64,000 nucleotides of DNA, taken from assembly GCF_009914755.1 (NCBI RefSeq), contig NC_060943.1; one strand, written 5' to 3'. Positions 1-17,097 of the stretch are shown here, piece after piece (within the stretch, counting starts at the first letter, position 1; every line of letters begins with the position of its first letter). Under the pieces are notes generated by a model. The model was not told the origin of the DNA. It did not search any database and was given only the letters and a program-made list of their open reading frames with translations. The DNA is from the human T2T-CHM13v2.0 reference genome, Homo sapiens. The translations under genes and the position numbers were made by a program.

Positions 1-222
1 GAGCTCAAGACCAGCCTGAGCAACATGGTGAGACACCATATTTATAAAAAATACAAAAATTAGCCAGGCATGGTGTCATGAGCCTGTAGCCCCAGCTACT
101 CCAGAGGCTGAGGTTGGAGGATGACTTGAGTTTAGGAGGCAGAGGTTGCAGTGAGTCAAGATTGTGGCACTGCACTCCAGTCTGGGTGACAGAGTGATAC
201 CCTGTCTCAAAAAAAAGAAAAA
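1..222 (+). mobile_element. Alu (cut by window edge)
   Basis: Alu right arm with A tail. Confidence 0.85.
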
Positions 223-540
223 AACACTGTAGACATTGTCATCTCTGAAGACACCACTTGAATTGAATCTCAGGTAGATACTGGATATCACTTGGTGTGT
301 AAAAATACCTAACACTTCTATAGAGAGAGATAACCCTGGATTAATTTTTTTTTGTATTGTCCAAAAATGAGACATCTACACTGATTTAAGGAATGTCTTA
401 ACTTCTTATGGAGAAATATAATAAAACCACAATTACAGACACGTAACTGGCTCAAGAATACCTTAATATGGATTTTTCACAGTGCTCACATAAGTGGAGT
501 CAGTCCTTAACGACTGTCTTCCCATTCTTTGTGACGATGA

Positions 541-834
<294 letters not shown>

Positions 835-1189
835 TGAAAAACTGTATTACACTTTCTGGACTTGAAATGTCCCCTTTCTTCAGGTATTCTCCTCCCTCCA
901 CAATTCATGATTGGTGGCACCAGGGCCGAAGTATGCAGGAAACCTTATGACAAACTTTAAAAATATCCAGTTCCCTGTTTTCTACCCCTGTGCTTTTGAT
1001 TCTATAGTTCTTGGAAGGGGGCTCTATGTCTGCATGTTACAATGTTCCCTAAGCATTCAGAAAGAGGCAGTCAGTAGATGAATTTGTGAAATACTATTTA
1101 TGATTTAATTATAATATCCTCTCTCCTCCCTAAATACAGGGCTTGGACTTGGGAGATGCCACAGCACACATTTATTCTTTCTTTTATAA

Positions 1190-1369
<180 letters not shown>

Positions 1370-1633
1370 TGAGACAGGGTCTAACGCTGTCATCCAGGCT
1401 AGAGTGCGGTGGCAGTCATAGCTCACTGCAGCCTTGAATTCCTGGACTTAAGGGATCTCCCTGGCTCGCTCTTCCAAAGTGTTGGGATTACAGCCATGAG
1501 CCACTGTACCCTGCAAAGCCACACTATTACATAGCGTTTGGGAAACTCTCTGCAAATGGGAGAATTCTGTGGGAAAACCAAAGTTGAAATCTTGTGAGTT
1601 CTGAACAGACATTTTTCTTTATTTTCCTATTTA

Positions 1634-2117
1634 TTTTTTGGAGATAGGATCTCTCTTGGGTCACCCAGTCCAGAATGCAATGGCATGATTATGGCTTGCT
1701 GCATCCTCGACTTCCTGGGCTCAAGTGGTCCTCCCACCTCAGCCTCCTGAATAGCCGGGACTACAGGTGTACGCCACGATGCCTGGCTAATTTTTGGTAT
1801 TTTATGTGGAGATGGGGTTTCACCATGTTACACAGGCTAGTGTTGAACTCCTGGGCACCCAGTCCAGAATGCAGTGGCATGATTACGGCTTGCTGCATCC
1901 TCGACTTCCTGGGCTCAAGTGATTCTCCCACCTCAGCCTCCTGAATAGCTGGGACTGCAGGTGTACGCCACCATGCCTGGCTAATTTTTTGTATTTTTTG
2001 TGGAGTTGGGGTTTCACCATGTTATACAGGCTAGTGTTGAACTCCTGGGCTCAAGTAGTCTGCCTGCCTCAGCTTCCCAAAGTGTTGGGATTATAGGCAT
2101 AAGCCACAGCAACCAGT
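1634..2117 (-). mobile_element. Alu with internal ~194-bp tandem duplication
   Basis: cacccagtccagaatgca occurs at 1662 and 1856. Confidence 0.85.
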
Positions 2118-2172
2118 AAGGTGTGTTGTTTAATTGGCAAATATTTGTGGATCTTTAAGTTTTTATTCTTTT

Positions 2173-2467
2173 GGCTGGGCACGGTGGCTCATCCCTGTAA
2201 TCCCAGCACTTTGTGGGGCTGAGGCAGGCAGATCACTTGAGGCCAGGAGTCCGAGACCAGCCTGGCCAACATGGTGAAACCCTGCCTCTACTAAAAATAC
2301 AAAAATCAACTGGGTGTAGTGGCAGGTGCCTATAATCCCAGCTACTCAGGAGGCTGAGGCAGGAGAATCGCTTGAACCTAGGAGGTGGAGGTTGCAGTGA
2401 GCCGAGATTGCACCACTGCGCCCTAGCTTGGGTGACAGAGTGAGACCCTGTCTCAAAAAAAATAAAA
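2173..2467 (+). mobile_element. Alu
   Basis: Full dimer with A tail. Confidence 0.9.
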
Positions 2468-2862
2468 ATGCATTTTTTTCTTTTGTTAATTTCAATGTTA
2501 CATGCCTCTGCCTCTGGAGTAGCTGGGATTACAGACATGCACCACCACGCCTGGCTAATTTTTGTATTTTTAGTAGAGATGGGATTTTTCCATGTTGGGC
2601 AGGCTGGTCTCGAACTCCTGGCCTCATGTGATTAGCCCTTCCTTAGCCTGCCAAAGTGCTTGGGATTACAGGTGTGAGCCACTTCACCTGGCCCAAAACA
2701 TTCTATTTTAAATGTTAACAGCTTATCTTTGATTAGGTACACAAAGCTCTGCTTAACAACTCTGCTCTTTCTGTTATTACTGGCAGAAATTAATCCTATA
2801 TATTTTATGTTCCCATTAACATATGTTTATAATGTTTATAATGCTTTTTAAATGAGAGTGTC

Positions 2863-3143
2863 TTTTTTTTTTTTTCTGAGATGGAGTCTCCTTCTATCTC
2901 CCAGGCTGATCTCGGCTCACTACAGCCTCTGCCTCTCTGGTCCAAGTGATTCTCCTGCCTCAGCCTCCTGAGTAGCTGGGATTACAGGCGCCCATCCCCA
3001 CCCCTGGCTAATTTTTGTATTTTTAGTAGAAACAGGTTTTTGCCATATTTGCCAGGCTGCTCTCCAACTCCTGACCTCAAGTGATCCACCTGCCTCGGCC
3101 TCCCAAAGTGCTGGGATTACAGGTGTGCCACTGTACCTGGCCT
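2863..3143 (-). mobile_element. Alu
   Basis: Alu consensus match. Confidence 0.85.
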
Positions 3144-3145
3144 GA

Positions 3146-3546
<401 letters not shown>

Positions 3547-4378
3547 ATGATGACCTTTATATTTTCATATGGATTAAAGATACCGTCCAGAGTGCTTTCA
3601 TTTCATCTTGAATGCTCGTTTTAGCATTTCTTCTTGGACAGGTCTAGAATACTAATTAACTTCCTCAGCTCTTCTTTAGGAAAGTCTAAAATTCGCCTTT
3701 ATTTTTGCAGGTGAGTTTTGCTAAGTGTAGTATTCTTCATTGCTGTTTTGCCTATTTTTCTTTAAGCACTTTCAATATATCACCTCACTGCTTTCTAGCC
3801 TGAAGATGTCTGCTGGAAAATATATATAATCTTACAGAGTTTAGTATTGTCTGACAAGTCTCTTTTTTGTTGCTGCTGTCAAGATTTTGTCTTTGTCTTT
3901 TTTTGACTCTTGATAATTTCTTTATAGTATGTCTCTGTGTGAATGTATTTGGGTTAATTTTAATTAGAATGATCAAATCTCTTTTTTTTTTTTTTGAGAC
4001 GGAGTTTCACTCTTGTTGCCCAGGCTGGAGTGCAGTGCCATGCATGATATTGGCTCACTGCAGCCTCCACCTCCCGGGTTTAAGCGATTCTCCTGCATCA
4101 GCCTCCCAGGTAGCTGAGATTACAGGCACCCTCCATGATACTCCTTTTCATGCATCATTTTCCTGATTTCATTTAATTGTCTATCTCATTTATGTTTCAG
4201 CTGGTTAAGCATCTTAAGACAGTTGCTTTCAAAATTTGTAAAGTAATCAGAGGGCTGCCTTTTTCTAGGTTGGGTTTGTGGAGATTTGGTTTTTTTTGTT
4301 TGTTTGTTTATTTCAATGTCCTTATGTAGGCCTTGTAATTTTTATTTTAGGTTTGCTAAAACAACTTCTCCCAGGTTT

Positions 4379-4700
<322 letters not shown>

Positions 4701-4852
4701 TAACTATTGACCTCAAGTTATCCATCCCCCCTTGGTTTCCCAAAGTGCTGGGATTACAGGCATGAGCCACTGCACTGGCTGTTCCAGTTCTTTTACATAA
4801 GAACTGTACAAGGTGAGACCTTTACAAATCAACCTGTTGTAAAGGGTGTGGG

Positions 4853-5289
4853 TGCCACCTGCATGGACCTTGGGGGACTAAACAAAGGGAACAAATGTGG
4901 GAATAAAAGACAAAGACAATAGAGTATATTTGGAAGAAAGGGTCAGGGGGCTCCTTGCTTCTAATGGACAAGGGCCCTGAGCTTTAGAGCCCTTCACATT
5001 TTATTGGGTAAAAGAGGGAGAAGGGTGGGGGTGATTGTCGGTCAGCGGCTTGATTTACAGCAGGCTTGCAAGACTGCATTCTTTGAACAATAGGCTCTAG
5101 ATGTCCCAGTAGATAATCTCAGTGAGCACAGTGCCAGGGAATGATTGCCTCCAGCAAACCTTCTGGCGGTAGGCGCAGTCATGAGTTTGCCCACATCCTG
5201 CATTCATGATAAACAGTTTGCTGTTTGGTCATATAGCCTCCAGTGGAACGCTGAGTTGGTCATGTCTCTCAGGCCATCGGCTCCCTACA
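4853..5289 (-). mobile_element. 3' LTR of the HML-6 provirus
   Basis: Preceded on the minus strand by PPT CAAAGGGGAGA; starts TGTAGGGAGCCG. Confidence 0.88.
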
Positions 5290-5469
5290 TCTCCCCTTTG
5301 TGTTTATGTATTACTGTTACAGATTTGTCTAAGCATTGGCCTACCTAAAAGTTCTGTTGGAGATAGGGGGTAGAGAGAATAAACAAAAACAAAGGTTTTT
5401 GTGGCTGTAGCCGGGAGGCATGTCTCTGCTGAAGCATTTGCTCTATAAGCTATAATTCCTCTTCAGCCT

Positions 5470-6350
5470 GTTAAGGGGCACAGGGAATTTAAGGAAGAAT
5501 CTCCTTGCAGGGTTTGGTAAAGATGTGTAAGTTGATAGGTGGCAATACCTAGCATAGGGCGTAGCCAATTAATATCTCCTAGTATTTGTTGAAAATCATT
5601 TAAAGTCTATAATGTGTCTTTACCAAGAACTGCTTTCTATGGCCGTACACTCCTCTCCGTAACAATATTTCCTACGTAATGGTATGGGGAAGTTATTTGC
5701 ACTTTCTCTGGAGCAATTTTGGGATTCCGTTTAACAAGATCTTGCTTTACATCTCTGAGTAATTGATGTAAATTTGATCTGTAGGAGTGGCCAGAAGAAT
5801 ATCATCCATAAAATGAATGATATACGCAGTGGGAAACATATTTTGAGACTCCTTTAATGCTCTTCCTACAAAATGGTGACATAATGTAGGACTGTTAAGC
5901 ATGCCTTCAAGTAAAACTTGTCATTGATAGCAAGAAACAGGTTCTCTATGATTAATAGAAGGCATAGAGAAGGCAAATTGAGGCTTATGCTTCTCGTGTA
6001 ATGGTATAATAAAGAAACAATCCTTAAAATCTATTACTACAAGAGGCCAGTCTCTTGGAATGGCCGCCGGGGAAGGTAAACCTTGCTGTAATGCACCCAT
6101 TGGTTTAATTTGTGCATTAATAGCTCTCAAATCATGCAGCAGTCACCGTCTTCCAGGCTTTTTTGGAATAACAAATACCAGTGAATTTCAGGGGCTAACT
6201 CACTTCTCTATATGTCCTGCATTCAATTGTTCTTTTACCAACAGATGAAGTTGATCTAGCTTCCCCTGTGTTAGGGGCCCACACAAGTTTCTCACTAAGC
6301 CATTCTAATGGTAAGGCAGTGGGCAGAGGAGAAATATGAATGACCCCCAT
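5470..6350 (-). pseudogene. pol: HML-6 pol (RT part only; rest of pol and most of env deleted)
   Basis: [20 protein letters not shown]...DFKDCFF, and YIIHFMDDIL near 5796-5828. Confidence 0.85.
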
Positions 6351-7290
6351 CAGAAATCCTGACGTCCTAGCCCTTTTCTGTTTTTCCAGTTACTGAGAAC
6401 GGGTTAGGGTTTCCTTGTAGGAATTTCCCTAAACCTTTTCTACTTTCATATCCCATGTCCTTCAACATTTCAAATCCTGGGTTACCAAAGTTTTCATTTG
6501 TAAGTCTCATATTTCATGCTGTAAGTCTCCACCCCATAAATTGATGGCTGTATTTACAACATAAGACTGGAAAGTACCTGACTGACCATCCAGACCAAGA
6601 CAAGGTAAAATCTCAGCACTCTGTTGAACACTTTTAGCTGCTCCTACTCCCACTAGGGGTGTGGAGGTTAGTCTGAGAGTCGATGCTGGGGGCCAGTCTT
6701 TACTGGATATGACTGACACATCAGCTCCTGTGTCCATTCGCCCATAAAATTTCTTTCCTTTAATTAGTACTACACAGGTAGGTCTATTAGAGGCTATGGA
6801 TTGGGATAGATAAGTTTCCTATGTAGTTGTGCTCCCAAACCCTTTATTTCCTCATTTCTCCTTTTATGAAGATGGGTGTAATTTGCAGGGAATAAGCAAT
6901 AGCTAAGCAGTATATTCTCCTGGTTCAAAAACCCAAAGATCTTGTGACATTAAAACTACTTGAATTTCTCCTTCATAATCGGAGTCAGTCACTCCTGGGA
7001 CTACAGTGATGCCTTGCAAGTTAAGGCGGCCTTTGCCTAAAATTAGTTCCATGTATCCTCTTGGTAAAGGTCCTCAAATGCCAGTGGGAATTTTGATAGG
7101 TTTGTCTCCACCAACTACTGTTATTTCTCTTGACTGGGAGATCTAATCCTGCACTTCCTGGTGTTCCTGGGGTGAGGGAATCAATGTTTCTCTTGGGACC
7201 CATCCCTGAAATGGGCTTGTGGTCTGGACTGAGAATGCCCTCATTGTTTGAGGGGCCCGGGTCCAGGCCACCTTCTCATTTCCCAGCAGG
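6350..7290 (-). pseudogene. pro: HML-6 pro (dUTPase plus aspartic protease), disrupted
   Basis: GSAGLDL dUTPase motif, a DSDYEGEI-type motif near 6960-6990, and the protease site DTGADVSVI. Confidence 0.85.
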
Positions 7291-8737
7291 AGGGGTGCCA
7301 TTCTGATGAAGTCTTGAGTGGCACTGATGAGCCCAGTGATTTCCTTTGTTACAGCGAGGACAGAGTGCTGGCGTTTTTCTGCTGGGTGTTGTGGGGGGCA
7401 CTGCATTGTGAAGTCCTTTCTGGCCTGAGATCTGGTGGCATTCCTTTTTAAAATGTCTGGTTTTACCGCAAGTACAACATTTTCCCAATTTAGCGTTTGA
7501 CCCTTGGCTCCTTTTAGATTTGTCAACTACTAAATTAGCCATGCTTCAGCTATCATTGAAGAGCAATGAAGCTCAGTTCCTTCATCCTAACAAGCTCTGA
7601 GAAAATTTCCCAAGTCTTTTGTACACCTTACAGGTGCCAGTGCACATTTACAATCCACGTTTGCATTCTCAAAAGCTAAAGTTAAGGTTAGCATTTCTGT
7701 GGCAGTGGCATGAGGAATCTGACGCTTCACTGCCTCTTGTAATCTCGCAAGAAATTGTGCATAGGGCTCCTACAACCCTTGCATGATATGCAAAAAGGAT
7801 TGTACTAGGACTCCCTCATCTGGAATTGTGGCCCAGGCGCATTTAGCAGCCTGTGAACGCTGCTGATAAGCAGCAGCTGGGGGTGCCATTTGATGTTCCA
7901 GGTCTGAATAAGGGTCATTACTCAATAGCATATCCTCTGTAATGTCTCCTTGACAAGCAGCACGATTCTGTCTAGCCTGGTTTGCACACAGTTCTTGCCA
8001 ATTTAAATTCCGTGTCAGATACGCAGTAGCAGACAAGTTTGCGCCAAAAGTTTTACATCAAAGAGTAGAAGGCACGTAGCACCGAATACAGATTCTAGCA
8101 ATCCTAAAGTGAATGGGCTCTGTACTCCATCGTTAACTACACTCGTTTGTAATTCCTTCAACAACTAAACTCTAGGGTATTTTCATGAATAAACTGATGT
8201 AGATTGTTTCGATCAGGCCTTATGGAAATAGGAAAAGCACAAGGTCCTAAGGGCTCTCCAGCTATGGCAGCAGAGTGTAACATTCTTTGTACTGGGGTCT
8301 CTATTTCTGCTACTGAAGGAGGTGGTACAGATGTTGCTGCAACTGGAGGGGGTGGTAAAAACCAATTTTTATCCTCCCTCTCCTGTTTTTTGTTTTCAAT
8401 TGGATCTGTGGGGGGGACAACAGATTCTTTCAGATTTTTAGACTCAGCCTGCTGCCCAGCAGAATAATGAGATAATGGCAGAACAGTACGAACCAGACTC
8501 CACGTGAAGATAGAAGAATCAACTTTAAGACCTTTTTGATGAGCCTCTTTTAATCCTTTTCCTGCTGTGTCCCAATTTTCCACATCAAGAGTGCCTGCCT
8601 GTGGAAACCATGGGCCATGCATAATAATCTCCTGCAGAAGCTTAATGTCTGTGAATTAACCTGAGTTCCAGGCTGTCTCAATAGAACTTGAAACAACTGC
8701 ACGTAGTGTTTTTTTCAACAGACAAGTTCTGCCCCAC
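7276..8737 (-). pseudogene. gag: HML-6 gag, disrupted
   Basis: GTG-GQNLSVEK start remnant, PWFPQAGTLDVENW matrix motif, and two CCHC knuckles (CCTCGKTRHFKKEC, CPRCNKGNHWAHQC), split across frames. Confidence 0.85.
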
Positions 8738-8983
8738 GTTACCCTGATTCAGAAAACTTCCCGTTCGCAGTACTTTAGAGCACCGACCTCATATCGCTCC
8801 CAGTACCTCTTCAGGGCACTGACCTTATATCCGCTGCCAGCCGACTCATCCAGGTTTCCCCATTCACCTTGTGAATTTCAGTTCCTCTACTCCAGCAGAA
8901 CCTTCTTTGTTCACGTCCTCAAAGTCCTATGTTCGGAGGCCACTTGTCCGACATCCTCGGAGTCCCTCTTCTGGGTCACCAGT

Positions 8984-9411
8984 TGCCACCTGCACAGACC
9001 TTGGGGGACTGAACAAAGGGGGCGAACATTGGAATAAAAGACAAAGGTGTGTATTTGGAAGAAGGGGTCAGGGGGCTCCTTCTAGTGAACAAGGGCCCTG
9101 AGCTTTAGAGCCCTTTGTATTTTATTGGGTAAAGGAGATGGTGGCAGTGGGAGGGGGTGGTTATTGGTCAGCGGCTTGATTTACAACAGGTTTGCAAGAC
9201 TGCATTCTTTGAACAATAGACTGTAGATGTCCCAGTAGATAATTTCAATGAGCATGGCACCAGGGAGTGATTACCTTCAGCAAACCTTCTGGTGTCAGGC
9301 GCAGTCGTGAGTTTGCCCACATCCTGCATTCGTGATAGTTTGTTGTTTGATCATAAAGCCTCCAGTGGAATGTTGAGCTGGTCACATCTCTTGGGCCTTC
9401 AGCTTCCTACA
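8984..9411 (-). mobile_element. 5' LTR of the HML-6 provirus
   Basis: TG...CA on the minus strand; direct repeat of 4853-5289; followed by the PBS-like TGGTGACCCAGAAGAGGGAC. Confidence 0.88.
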
Positions 9412-9752
9412 TGTGGGAACACTCAGTCCTTTTCTGGGGATGTGTTTCTTCTGGCTTGTGGAAGTACCATTATTAATGTCTATACAGCTCTTCTTGGATT
9501 TCTGATTTTCCCTAAGAGGCTCATCCCTGCTTCTTCCCAGAAGTTTTCAGTCTCTGTTGTATTTCTCTGCTCATAGTCTGTTTCAGATTTACCCATAATT
9601 CTCTCGACTCCTGCAGATTCCCCACTGCTCCAATGCATCACCTCAGTTCCTTGTGTTTTCTGCACTGCCAGCATGATACACACAATACCCTGATACTCCT
9701 ACCAATGTCTGAGTCAGGTGAGGCAGAATCTAGACCCTCTGTCAGACACTAA

Positions 9753-11417
<1,665 letters not shown>

Positions 11418-12301
11418 GAGTCCCTACAAACTGTGTATGGCAAAACCATCATCATGAGTTCTAGCATTAATCAACATCAGTGAGTCCATACTAAGTGGAA
11501 ATCATATAAATGAAATGTATGTGACACAGGCTTTATCAAGGCCTGCCAAATCACTGGACATCACCACATCACTGTGGAGGATGAAAGCACACAGATGAAT
11601 TGTGTGTACTTGGGCTATTATTCAAGGACCATTGCTATAGAACACGATAGGATTTACACAAGAAGTAACTCTGTCTCTGGTTCTCTGATACTAATCTATG
11701 ATATTGCATGATGCAGAATAATGCTAAGTCAAAATATGTTGAATCTCATGACCTGATGTATATCAAAGGTGCAACGGCTTGTAAATGACCAGTTTTATTC
11801 AGGCTATAAAGCATTCAATTATTTGGGGCTTATAGAAAAGGCTACTTTACTCTTTGTGACTTCGAAATCTTTTCATGTGCCTTCCATACAGGCCATTCAC
11901 TGTGGTCCCTGGGAAAGAATCAGTAGGATGACAGGGCTGACTTCATTAGCTGAGGATTATTTCTATCCAATTTCCTGATGAAGGACATTGCCTTTTGAGA
12001 TTAAATATTGTCTGATTTAGAGAGCATGGAGGTGGGCAGAGTAACATAAAACTGATGACCGTCATCATACTGTTGCAGTTAGCACACTTTCTCCTGACAT
12101 AAGTGCACAGAGCTTCAGTGTCCACCAACTGACCATGAAATAGAGTATGCTGTAATCTTAAGGCATAGGTTATTAGTGGGAAGAGAGTAATAGGTTGCTA
12201 GTGTCTGATTATATGGTAGAAATAATGCAAGGAAAAAGGTAGCCACCTTCTCCATTGAACAGCAGTACCTGCTGTTTAGCAAAGACTGATGAGAAGTAGA
12301 C

Positions 12302-12595
12302 TTTTTTTTTTTTGGAGATAGAGTCTCACTCTGTTGCCCAGGCTGGAGTGTAGTGGTGTGTTCTTGGCTCACTGCACCCTCCGCCTCCTGGGCTCAAGCA
12401 GTCCTTCTGCCTTAGCCTCCTAAGTAGCTGAGACTACAGACGTGCGCCACCACACCCAGTTCATTTTTGTATTTTTAGTAGAGGCAGTGTTTACCATGTT
12501 GGCCAGGCAGGTCTCCAACTCCTGACCTCAAGTGATATGTTCACCTCAGCCTCCCAAAGTGCTGGGATTACAGGCATGAACCATGGTGCCCAGCC
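12302..12595 (-). mobile_element. Alu
   Basis: Alu consensus match. Confidence 0.88.
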
Positions 12596-12670
12596 TCATT
12601 TTTGAAATGGAATAGAGAACAGTTATATCACAGTTGAGAGTTTAATCAAAATGACCGGATCAGCATATTC

Positions 12671-12965
<295 letters not shown>

Positions 12966-13447
12966 TCAGCATATTCTTAAGTAGGATTCACATTTAATTC
13001 TTGGTATTATAAGTTGCAACCATTTGATTTAGAATGTATGCAGCTCTCATGTTTGTAGTAATAAAGTTTCATTTTTCCTAAGTATGAATGAATCGTGTTT
13101 TCTACCGTCATAATTTCATCCCACCTCAGGAGGATGGATACTCTGTAGCACACAGTAATGCACCATTGGGATTTTAAGATTGGAGCATCCAGAGCAAGTT
13201 TTCTGGTTGTGAAATGAAACATGTCCTTTGGTTACATATCCTTAGGTAAGTGTGAATATGAGTAATCATACTTAGTACTTGAATTATTGTATCTGTGCTC
13301 TGCCCTAGAATGCTTCTGTGGGTACAGTGAAAATCCCAAAGCAGTGCAACTCCAGCATCCTATACCCTCAAATGTGTTTATAGCCCTTGGCAAATGTTTA
13401 GTGTATCATTATATTTCTATGTGCCTTTTTCTTGTGTGCTAAATTAG

Positions 13448-13794
<347 letters not shown>

Positions 13795-14048
13795 TGAAGC
13801 AAAAATACAAATATGACAAATATTATGAGATAAAAGTGTGAGGATAAGGTTAAAAATAGTGTAACACAATCTCTTTTTTTGTCCTTGTGCTCAGTGACAT
13901 AATTTGAAATTACTAATGTTCATAAATTTCCTCGTAAGGGTGGACACACAGAATGGAATTGTGTTTTGCTTTGGTATTTTAACAAGGAACTTCACATATT
14001 TACCCCCACAACCTTTGTGGTAATTTGAACTTTTGCCTACTCCACTAG

Positions 14049-14350
<302 letters not shown>

Positions 14351-14655
14351 TCCACTAGAACTTGTTTGACGTCCACCTAAGATTTGGCTTGGGTATTGAG
14401 ACTGATGATGCTATGTACTGAAGGGGTCTGAGAATGTTTATTACATAATAAGACTTTCTGAGGAAAGCAGGTTAGACTTCCCCAGTTGGTCCAAAAATGT
14501 CATGAGAAAACTGGGATAGATGACTACTTTGGGTGTTATGATTGTTGAAGCGTCGGGCTGGGGTGTGGGTACTTACTTGTGGTTTGAACTAATACCTGGT
14601 GCCAAATGAGGGAGCACTCAGGCTTTATTATCAGTTGACCAGATGGGCATCATAA

Positions 14656-15395
14656 TGTAGTCTCAGCAATGCACCAAGATGTAACAGTCTCTCATTTGAG
14701 ATAACACTTTGGGTTCTTTGTCCTACCTCCAAGAAAAGGAGTGTGGACATAAAAGTGAGTTTGGAGCGAAAGTTTAATAAGCAAGAGGAGAAAGCTGTCT
14801 GCCAGCAGAGAGGGGCTCCTGAACAGGAGTACTCACTATGAGGTCCGTATTGGGGTTTTTATGGACTGGAAAGGGGAAGGAATGTGCTTAGTCTGCGGGC
14901 TGTCTTGGAGAATGCATGCCTCAGCTTGGCCCGGGACCTATTAGAAGCTGAAGTGAAAGCTTGGCCCAGGACCAATTAGGGGCTGAAGTGATGATTCATA
15001 GAAGCCAGACTTACAGTCCAATAAAGGAACCTGAACTTATTGGAGCACCTGAACTTATTGGAGCCCACTGTGCCCATGTCCACAAAGGGAGAAGAAACTT
15101 TTGCCTGGGAGCCCACTGACTCTACAAAGGCAAAAGGCATTTCTGTGCCAGGCCTGCTCCCTTATCTGAGTGAGATGGAGGTCTGTGCAAGTTTTCATCC
15201 AAATGGGCCTTTTCCATCTGTGCAGCCGTAGGCATAACACCTTGTGCTAGTTCCCTTATCGGTCCCTGCACCTTGAATTTTTTCCCAGGCTGCTTTTTCT
15301 GTTAGGTGGGGATGAGGCACTGACCCATGGGCCAGGGACTCTCCAGAGACCCTTTTCTTGCTATCTACCTAAGGCAAGTTAACTACCTCCTTTCA
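14656..15395 (-). mobile_element. ERV1-class solo LTR (family uncertain), nested in an older LTR-like element
   Basis: TG...CA bounded ~740 bp, with a minus-strand ATTAAA (tttaat at ~14773) and CCAAT boxes. No clean TSD seen. Confidence 0.5.
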
Positions 15396-15638
15396 TAGGA
15401 AGAAGGAATGCAGAGGTGTAAAAGCTGTTAGTATTCAGACATCACAAAATGTAGTCTAACTCTTTAGTACAAGACTAAATACTTCTTGAAACTCCTGACT
15501 TCTTGGTTAGGAAAAACCCCAGTTTTCTTCATGGTGATAGCTGGTTACATTCCTCTCGGATGGACGTGTAGGTTTCACTGCACCTATGATTGTTGAAAAT
15601 GCTTGTGAATTACTGTTTAGTAAAGTGTCTAGTAAAGG

Positions 15639-16601
15639 TGAAGGGGTGGGTTGCCCCTCCACACCTGTGGGTGTTTCTTGTTAGGTGGAACGAGAGACTT
15701 GGAAAAGAAAAAGACACAGAGACAAAGTATAGAGAAAGAAATAAGGGGGCCCCAGGGGACCAGTGTTCACCATATGGAGGATCCCGCCAGCCTCTGAGTT
15801 CCCTTAGTATTTATTGATCATTTTTGGGTGTTTCTCAGAGAGGGGGATGTGGCAGGGTCATAGGATAATAGTGGAGAGAAGGTCAGCAGGTAAACACGTG
15901 AACAAAGGTCTCTGCATCATAGACAAGGTAAAGAATCAAGTGCTGTGCTTTAGATATGCATACACATAAACATCTCAATGCCTTACAGAGCAGTATTGCT
16001 GCCCGCATGTGCCACCTCCAGCCCTAAGGCGGTTTTCCCCTATCTCAGTAGATGGAATATACAATCGGGATTTATACCGAGACATTCCATTGCCCAGGGA
16101 CGGGCGGGAGACAGATGCCTTCCTCTTGTCTCAACTGCAAAGAGGCATTCCTTCCTCTTTTACTAATCCTCCTCAGCACAGACCCTTTACGGGTGTCGGG
16201 CTGGGGGACGGTCAGGTCTTTCCCTTCCCACGAGGCCATATTTCAGACTATCACATGGGGAGAAACCTTGGACAATACCTGGCTTTCCTAGGCAGAGGTC
16301 CCTGCGGCCTTCCGCAGTGTTTGTGTCCCTGGGTACTTGAGATTAGGGAGTGGTGATGACTCTTAAGGAGCATGCTGCCTTCAAGCATCTGTTTAACAAA
16401 GCACATCTTGCACAGCCCTTAATCCATTTAACCCTGAGTGGACACAGCACATGTTTCAGAGAGCACGGGATTGGGGGTAAGGTCATAGATTAACAGCATC
16501 TCAAGGCAGAAGAATTTTTCTTAGTACAGAACAAAATGGAGTCTCCTGTGTCTACTTCTTTCTACACAGAAACAATCCGATCTCTCTTTCTTTTCCCCAC
16601 A
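15639..16601 (-). mobile_element. HERV-K HML-2 solo LTR (LTR5_Hs/LTR5B-like)
   Basis: 963 bp; minus strand runs TGTGGGGAAAAGAAAGAGAGATC...CAACCCACCCCTTCA, closely matching recalled LTR5 consensus. TSD AAAGG/AAAGT. Confidence 0.93.
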
Positions 16602-16804
16602 AAAGTTGCCTGAGATACGTTTTATCCTAGTTCAATGAAAATTATTGTACAAAAGTGTTTATTATAAAATCAACATGATTTGTTTATTGTTTATTGATTA
16701 TATAATTATATTTATTATACAATAAATATGATTTTGCTAGAAGAGCATTTTGCCAAAAGTTGTGGAAATGTCATTGTCAGATTATGGTATGAAGCAATTT
16801 TTTC

Positions 16805-17097
16805 GGGCTGAGTGGGGGTGGCTCACCTGTAATCTCAGCACTTCGGGAGGCCAAGGTGGGAGAAATCACTTGAGCCCAGAAGTTCAAGACCAGCCTGGGC
16901 AACATAGCAAGAGCTTATGTCTACAAAAAAATTTTAAAAATAGCCGGGTGTGGTCATGTACACTTGTGGTCCCAACTACTTAGGGGCACTGCAGCAGGAG
17001 GATCGTTTGATCCCAGAAGGCTGAGGCTGCTGTCGTCCTTGATTGTACCACTGCACTCCGGCCTGGATGACAGAGGGAGACACTGTGTCAAAAAAAA
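16805..17097 (+). mobile_element. Alu (J-like)
   Basis: Alu consensus match. Confidence 0.85.

Larger units (their letters stand above)
4853..9411 (-). mobile_element. HERV-K HML-6 (HERVK3/LTR3-type) provirus, internally deleted, antisense in the ZNF528 intron
   Basis: Two ~430-bp LTRs, 6-bp TSD TGTGGG (4847-4852 and 9412-9417), degenerate Lys3-like PBS, polypurine tract at 5290-5300, and betaretroviral gag/pro/pol remnants. Confidence 0.88.

Noticed and set aside
8960-8981. tRNA-Lys-like sequences (also 60484-60501, and Leu-like at ~63723)
   Set aside because: Retroviral primer-binding sites of about 18 nt, not tRNA genes.
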